Under the pieces are notes generated by a model. That model was not told the DNA's origin and made no database searches. It worked only from the letters and a program-made list of their open reading frames with translations. Shown here in pieces: positions 56,251 through 64,000 of a stretch of DNA of 64,000 nucleotides. Source of the stretch: Atractiella rhizophila (taxonomy: Eukaryota). A program made the position numbers and the translations under genes. The DNA lies in contig MU271397.1 in assembly GCA_021432655.1 (NCBI GenBank), positions 1 through 64,000 of the forward strand, read 5' to 3'. The stretch's first letter is position 1. Each line of letters begins with the position of its first letter.

Positions 56251-59200
56251 ATGGAGTCTCAAAGGGACTTTCGAAAATCGACGTCAAGCTGGGCGAAGCA
56301 AGACGTTCAAGCTGCTATCAACAGTAGAAGCCCAGCTGGTCGCATGGATGGTGCTACTGCAACAGTGGATGGCGAGTCTTTCCTCTTCACTGGGTTCAAA
56401 TCTACTTTCGAAGAATCTCCCTCCCTCGGCTTCCCCACTCCAACTCCCACGACTCCCTCGTCTTTCCGCTCAAGATCTTCTTCAAGTGGCTCTTCATCGC
56501 CTGTTCCACTCGCTGTACCTCACATGTCGACCTATCCACTTTCTTATGCTGCTCCCTATTCTGGGTCAACTCCGACCGTAGCGTCAGTCGCCAGCTCCAG
56601 GACCTCAATCAGCACCAATAGAAGCATGACGCCGACGAGGGAATTGACATCTCCCGGGAGCAGGACAGTGATGATGCCCATGAAAGGGGGGACGAAAACG
56701 AGGGTCAGCATGAGGACAACAAGTCCGACTGGCTCGATATCTAGCATGGGAGGAAGCGCTAATGGGTTGAACATGACTTATAACTCGAAGCAATCCTTCG
56801 ACGGGGAAGTCAAAACTCCAACCGTTGATAGATATTATCACAACACCTCACCGACAAGCCCTACTGGCTCCCAATTGCCTTATGTGTCATCCATGAGGAA
56901 CAGTCCACCCGCCGGTAAAGTTGTAGCAGGTGATGGGTACTATACACCGTCACACTCTCAGTCTCCTTCCATCTCATCCATGGCTTCTTCCAAATCGTCA
57001 GCGCGAAGCACGACTCCGACACTCCAGAATGCAACAATGTCCTCGTCCACGCTCTCCCACCGTACTATGTCTTCCACCACATCTGCTTCCTCCAATTCCC
57101 ACGGCCCAACTCCGCACTCTCACGACAAGCGACCCAAGACGGATTTCGAACCTGCATTCGACCCCAGAAGGGCGATGGCGCGCTCTAAGTCGCATGACCT
57201 CCTCAATGCAGCTCACGGGCTTACAAATCCGCCTCCGAGCGACATGTATCGACCTGCTTCTTCTATCGCGTATTCCAACGGAACCGATCATCAATACTTT
57301 CACCATTCCCATCGTCCAACACCATCTGGATCCTCCGTCGCTCCACTTCCCAATGCAACGGCTACGCGTCCGGAGTCGGGGTATAGCGATGGCAGCGAGG
57401 ATGACGGATCTGCTAATGCTACACCGCGTGGTAGCGTAGCTTTTGGTTTCGGTCAATCGAACCGGAATTCTGTCGCTTCGGTCTTGGACTTGATGAATGG
57501 TGGTCAAGGGAAGGATGAGGAAGAAGAGTCGAGCACAAGGGTCGATTTCTTTGCGCCAAAGTTGAATTTGGAACTGGATTTCGGCGGATTGAGCTTGGGT
57601 TGGGATGATGACAAGAGCGACAATAAGGGTCTAATGACGCCAAAAGCTAAAGAGGGCAACCCAATCGGTCCGACATCAACGTCGATTCAATCCAACGAAA
57701 GCAGTTCAGGGCTGAAGAGAGGTGCTAGTGTGAAGAGACGACCCACGGTGAAGGCGACGGGAGCATCTATAGGTCATACATCCACTCCATCGACTGCTTC
57801 GACGGTGTCAACCTTTCTTGGGACTGGAGAAAAGGGTAAAGGAAGCGCGCGACCGTCGGACCCAACCGAATATCGTTCGACGCGCTCTCGAGGCTATTCC
57901 TCTGGAGCCAGTTCACTGTTGGACTTAAAGCTCCCATCTGAGTCCCGAGATGACGATTTGTGGTCGCTGGACCTGTTTGACAACAAGAAGAGTGCAAACG
58001 GGACTGTCAAGGTCAAATCACCCACATCTCGAATCCCAGTACCCAAAATTCCAGAGGGTGTTTACGACAATCCTTCAGCCAGCCTTTCCCATTCCCGTTC
58101 TTCTTCTGAAACGCCTAAATCATCTCTCTCACACGAAACCTCCACCAACTTCACCGTCGATCAAATGACGAACCGACCTCCAGCGGAGGCGGAAAGACCG
58201 GATTCTCGAGCTTCCCTTCGATCGGCTTTCATGATCAAAACAACTTCTGCTACCTCTGCTGAAACCGCTACAATGTCTAGAAATGGTCATAAACCCTTGG
58301 ATCGATCGAGGACTCCTTCGCTTTCTTCCCTACTTTCCCTCTCCAGACTCACTAAACAAGATCCAGCGTCGTCCATGATGAATGGCAACAGTAATGGAAG
58401 TCCTGCAACGGTCGACACTCGTTCTATTAACTCGTCCAATTCTTCGCTGTCACCATCTCGATCCACCGAAGGAACAGCAACGACGAAGACCAACTTCTTT
58501 TCAAAAATATCTTCAAATGCACTCACGAAGAGGAGGAAGAGTGGGACGAGCATGATCAGCATCTCTGATAGCTATACAGGAGACGACGCCTCTGGGAGTT
58601 CCAGAGATGCGCATCCTTCGGACAAGAGCACCTTCAGTAGGCAGAATCTGAAGGCATCGATCAAAAAGTTCACGCTGGAACCTCCTACACCGTTGAACCT
58701 TGTTCGGCCCAAAAGCCCTGGTGCCGGTCTAAGTCTCAACAAGTCTCTTCCGCCTACTCCTACCCCCATACATGATCAAGGCGATCGAGAGGATGAGGAC
58801 AAGGGGAAAGAACGCGGTGGCTTGAAGAGAGGACTCTCAAGGATGCGAAAAAAGAGTGAGAACGTTCTGGGTGGCCTGAAGAATGCCGCCGTTGCTGCAG
58901 CTGCCGCTGCTGCTAATGCTACAAATTCGAACCAACCGGAAGCGATGCCACCTCGCCCTAAAACTCCAGACCATCTAAGTCAGTTTCCGATGGGGAAGAA
59001 GGCATTTTCGAAGTCCTCGACGAACTTGGAATCAGGGGTTGCCGCTGAAGACAAGGAAAGACCCCCGTTGCGAGAAATCAAGACCAGTGCAGCAAGCGTG
59101 GTTTCGTCTATCGGGAAAGCAGGCAGTAAGGCTGTGAAAGCGGTGAGAAAAAACTCTCTCGGACTTGAACGTCAAATGAGAGAGTCTCAGCAAGTGTGTT

Positions 59201-62200
59201 TGTTCATCCCAGATTGGATCGTGCTGAATCTGTTTTGTTAGGAACGCTCCGTAGTCACAAACAGGCGCCCTTCGCTTGCTTCATCCGCCACATCTTCCGA
59301 TGGCTCAGATCCAGGACGGACCTCCCTAGATGACGAGGGAGCAACCGTCTTTGTCGCAGCACGTGTGGACCGAGTGACACCTTCCCCTGTGCCCTCTATT
59401 GCTCCTCTATCAGCCGTGCGAGCTTCGGTCTCTCCAGTTCTAATTCAACGTGAGCGCGCCATTACCACCAACTCCATTCGCAGCTCTGGCTCCGGGTCTG
59501 ATGTGACGCCGGCTCAAGTTCTGGATCGGAAGAAAAGAACCAGGACTGCTGATTCAGGTCTCGGATCCGATGGATCGATGTCTTCGGCTTGGTTGGATAT
59601 CGAAGAAGCAATGAGCAATTTTGCTAAGCAAGGAAGCAATGAACGTGGTAGTGTCGTCTCTAATTCCTTACTTCCTTTTATCAAGAAGGAAGAATTGCGG
59701 CTCAATTATCGACCCGATGAACGACTGGCCAAACGTCAACGAGAGATACTGTTTGGATGGCTAGATATGCTTCATCAAGAGTTGCAGCAAGTGCAACCTA
59801 GCCATCGCGGGGCTTGTCTAGAGGCTGCAGCCGGAATCCTAGAATGGTAATGTCTTCGATTTTTTTATACGATGCTGAAAGGTCTTCCCAGTCGATACCT
59901 TAGCGCCGCAACCATGAACGAGGATGAAATGGGAGAGGAACGGTTCAAGACAATAATCGTCAGACTCATTGCTTGGGCGATTGACAAGTTGAACGATAAA
60001 GGTGAACCGCTCCCTGCCTTGACCTACTGTAACTTATAAAGCATCCTTAGCTGTGTATGCAAATACCCTAGTCTTTGCTGGACGACTTTTTGGTATGTCA
60101 CAGTCTCGTTGTCGTCACAGCTGACGAGTGTTGTAGCTCTTGCATTCTTTCGTATCGACGGAGTGGCTTTGAAGTTACTCCGAGCACTCCCTCCTGTGAA
60201 AAGAGGTTCCCTTCGGCGTATACTCGGTGAAGCTGGTTTGGATGAAACAGACCTACCACCAGTAGAGCCAGAGCTCTTTCCGCGACATTTATGGAGGTTA
60301 TGTTATCGCAACTTCAATTCTTATTTCAGCACATTTAATGTGAACAGAAATAATCCCGATCCAGAAGATGATGGATACCTCATTAGACACGAAGATATCG
60401 TGGTGGAAATGAATGGGAATTGGTACGCTAGCGTCTGCCCTATCATCTCTCTCCTATTGATTCACCCGACAGGCTGTTACGATGGACAGCTTCTGATTCC
60501 GACCTACCTTTTGCCTTCCTTCGTGCTTACCATCGCCAACTAGCGAGATACCTCTATCCCGATGATGTTTTCCACGACAAGATGGATGTCGATCATCCTT
60601 CTGAGTACATCGGGGCTCCCGGGTTCTTGTTTCTCGCTGCTTCTCTCATGGATAAAGTCGATGCCCTTATTCGACGCAATCTTCGGTCCGTTACGTCAAT
60701 CAGTCCAAGCAACAATGTCAACGCCACCGAGTCGGCCAATCTCACTATGGGCCAAAAACCGAAAGTCCTCGAACTAGCCAACCGTCGTCTAGTATCGACT
60801 ATTCTCGACATCATTGGAGGTCAGCCTACAAATGAGGAAACGGAAGAAGAGGATAAAAATACTGATCCCCGCAATCGGCATAGACTCTTTGGAGGTATGC
60901 TGAAAGTGTGGATTAAAGCTGTTGTGAAGCGGACTAGCCTCTGGGATACTCGTGGAGTTTTCCTCCTACTCGACTGGATAGAGGGCCTCATCTACACAAT
61001 CTGTTTTGTGCCCTTGCCCAAAGGTGTTGACCCTCCGCCCCCACAGGTGCCAGTCCCAGAGAGCGTTGAGCTGTTCGACATCCTATTTATTCTGTCTTTT
61101 ATCAAAACCATTTTGATGGAAGCGGACAACACTGTCTGCCTCATGCGCACCATTGCATTTCTCTACGCCCACTTCGAGGTGTAAGCTTACCCCGTTGTTC
61201 TTGGAAGGAATAATCTCACCCGTGTGCCCAGGTTGACCTTGAGGAAGCAAGACAGGGAAGAATTGTGTGAGAAGATGCTTTTGGACAGAGCTCTGTTCCA
61301 ACGTCTTTTCCTGTCCTTCAACGTCGGTGTTCGAGGATATTTCCAACGCCTCATGGTCTGGAGACTCAGTCGAATAGGTGTAGCCGCTGGTGATAATATT
61401 CAGCAGCAGCGCGACCCACAAGTTCTCAAGATCTTTGCCATCTTCAACATGCGACTTGAGGCAGTTCGTCGTCGGCATGACGAAATTGATCCCATACCAG
61501 ACCTTCCAGAAGACGGCCTCGATGACCCCTTCCGACCGAAACGAAGCACCATTTGCTCAACTCGGGGTGTGAAAGAGGTGGACTGGGTCGTGGATGAATT
61601 GGAGATTCCAGATGTTGAGGTGACGGTGGATGAAGAAGAACTCCCCCCTGCACCCCTCGATCTCATCCCCATAAAGCCTAAGAGGGAGAAGGAGAAAAAA
61701 GCTGTTAACATGGCTGCAGTGGTATCGTGGCTCAAAATCCTCAACCCCAGAAAAGGCGGCACCAAAAGAGGAGATGATCCGCATGCCCCCATTGATCCAT
61801 TCACTATCGATGGCCCACCTGCTTACGCGGAGTCAGACAAGTTTATGGACGTGACCCAGAACCCAGAACCCTCATCTTTTGAACTCCCTCAACTCCCATC
61901 CATTCCACGGACCTCGTCCTCTTCGCTAGCCCCATCGACTTCGAGGCGTACCAAACGTTCTGTCTCACCAGATATCCCAGTACCCCCAAGCCCTACATTT
62001 TTTAGCTTTGAATTTGAAGTCGACGCCCCACGATCAGATAATTTTGACCCAGCACGGTCAGCCTCAGCACTTGGAATGGATCCTGACATCGCGGTCAACC
62101 CGACACCTTTCCCTGTCGTCGGAAGCTCAACTCGGCGACAATCAGATATTCCCAAACCTTCCACGCCAAACCATCCCATTTCCCCTCGTGTTTCGCTTCG

Positions 62201-62536
62201 GTTTTCGAAACGAGTCTCCATCTTACCTCCCCCGGCACTTAACTTTTTTACTGAAGGAGGACAACCAGTTCCACCAATACCGGATGCATTCAAGGCAGAG
62301 GAGGGATATGACAAAAGGCTTCATCAGTACGCCATTCGGAGTTTACGAGAATATGAAGAAGCGCTGGACGAGTTCGATATGCATTACTTATGGCGAGCAG
62401 AGGAAGAATCCAGTGGGAAAAAGGCAGATAATACTGTTCCTCGTCTTGCGTGCGTCCTCTTTGCCTGTGCCAATTCAACTGAATCTTACAACCATGATAC
62501 AGAGTCAGCTGGCCGAATGTCTTCGACGATAGTTAA
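56251..62536 (+). CDS. Large Ser-rich protein with conserved C-terminal DUF1765-like region
   Basis: ~1000-aa Ser/Thr-rich exon, then conserved-looking helical exons (LAFFRIDGVA, SDSDLPFAFLRAYH, GAPGFLFL, LFLSFNVGVRGYFQRLMVWRL, YAIRSLREYE). Domain name recognised from memory. Confidence 0.7.
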
Positions 62537-62875
62537 AGCATCTACATTGCATATTCACTTTTCGTACTCGTTTTCTCTCCCGTATCCAAAGAAAGTTTCG
62601 CTGGCTGTCTCTTTTTGGTTATTCCTCAGGACAATTATACCCAATCCTCAACATTTCGACGTCGTTCGTTTGATTCCGAGCTACCTCTGTTTAATACTTC
62701 CTGTAACTTGAACCCATGCTTAGTTGGACCTGTAAACAGGTGCCTTTGGGACACCGACAGCTGGACTCATTCCCTGTGGACAATGCTGCGGGTTGGCTGT
62801 TTGTACACAATTTGAGCTGACACAGATCTGGTTACAGACGTAGAACGACAAAGCGACGCAAGTGAAAGGAGGGTA

Positions 62876-63910
62876 TCAAACGAGAAGTATCCCATTGACC
62901 ACTCCATCATTTTCCTACTCATTTATCAGCGAATTCCAGGTGAATAGTGAGAGCAGAGCTCACAGGATTGTTTGTTATCTGACAATATTTGCTCCACACC
63001 ACCTTGCCTCCTGTTGTGACTAGACCAAGATCGGCGACCTTTGAGCATTGTGAGCTGAGCATTCAAAACGGGTAGAGCATAGAATATACGTTGACTTCGA
63101 TCACGGTTCCTTTGGTCATGACGCCTAGGGAGGTGTACATCGGAGACTGAGGATTACGCTTGACACCAATGATGGGCAGTTGAAAAGTAGCTTTGAGCTC
63201 CGCTGGAATGGCAAAGTATTGACACCAGTTCTAGCCGATAAGTGTAGGAACTCACGATGTGTGACGTTGGCCTTCTTGAAGCGTAGAGCGGTAGGTCTGA
63301 TAAACCTTTCCAGCTTTGGCGGCTTCCTCGTGAAACCTTCGCCGACAAACGTTGCCTTGGTCACAAGTCTCTTCCACCCTTTCCGTTTCGTTTTTCCTGT
63401 CCGCACCACTTTGAAGATCTCATCCTCCGCAATCCCCCTCACCTTCGGTAAGGGAACAGCAAACTTTGCAGCCTTTTCTTTCCGCCGCTCCTTGACGGCA
63501 CTCGAAAGAGCTTTGGCATCTCCTCCAGAGCCACCACGGTCGAGCAGGTAGGTGGGAAGAGCGGTGTCCGGCTCGGGAGCTGAAGATTTCGTCTTGACAT
63601 CACGTTCTTCGTGTGCTTTGATAACTTTGCGCATAGCCACTTTGTTGGCGTAGCGTTGGGCATGAAGGAGTTTAGCTTTGCGGCCGTGCAGGGACTGAGC
63701 AACAGCTGAAGACTTGTGCACTTCTCGAGCTTGTCGTTTACGTTTCTTTTCTTCATAGTCGAGCCGCCGTCCATGGCGCTGGTTGCCAGTTGAACGCAGG
63801 CATAGAAATATTAGGACTAGCGTACCTTGATGTGTTCCTCGATATAATCACCTTGACCTCTCTCAGCCAATACTCTTTGTCATATCTACGAGTCACTTAC
63901 CTTGCGCCAT
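62876..63910 (-). CDS. NSA2: Ribosome biogenesis protein NSA2
   Basis: [81 protein letters not shown]. Confidence 0.96.
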
Positions 63911-64000
63911 CTTGTCGTGGTTGTTGGTTTTTTATGTTCGTGCTTTTGTAACTCACGTGCAGCAAAGTACAAGAATCAAAAGCTGCTTCACCAACCAACA

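Overview
Eukaryotic, gene-dense fungal DNA with GT-AG introns of about 45-55 bp and CTAAC/CTGAC branch sites; gene content looks basidiomycete-like, but I cannot name the species. The first ~11.5 kb is an accessory region. It holds a decayed stand-alone PD-(D/E)xK nuclease-like gene and three inverted, mosaic copies of a gene encoding a degenerate nuclease-like N-terminus fused to an atypical kinase whose catalytic loop is non-canonical in all copies (HTDLxxRPDQII). The middle copy is frameshifted. Two relics of a GH3 beta-glucosidase gene are interleaved with these copies, and their intact relatives lie 35-45 kb away. From ~13 kb to 64 kb the genes are mostly conserved: ABCC transporter, MRM2-like methyltransferase, LTA4H/M1 aminopeptidase, ArfGAP, DUF3844-like protein, carboxylesterase, patatin-domain protein, CLIP-170/Bik1, SAP/Tho1, Dpb3-like histone fold, tandem GH3 pair, RPS10, GCN5, a Ser/Thr kinase, a DUF1765-like protein and NSA2. 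The best candidate for an undescribed system is the Crinkler/Spok-like (pseudo)nuclease-kinase cluster at 0.3-11.3 kb. Family assignments come from motif recognition by eye, and gene ends come from manual splicing and may be off by a few codons.
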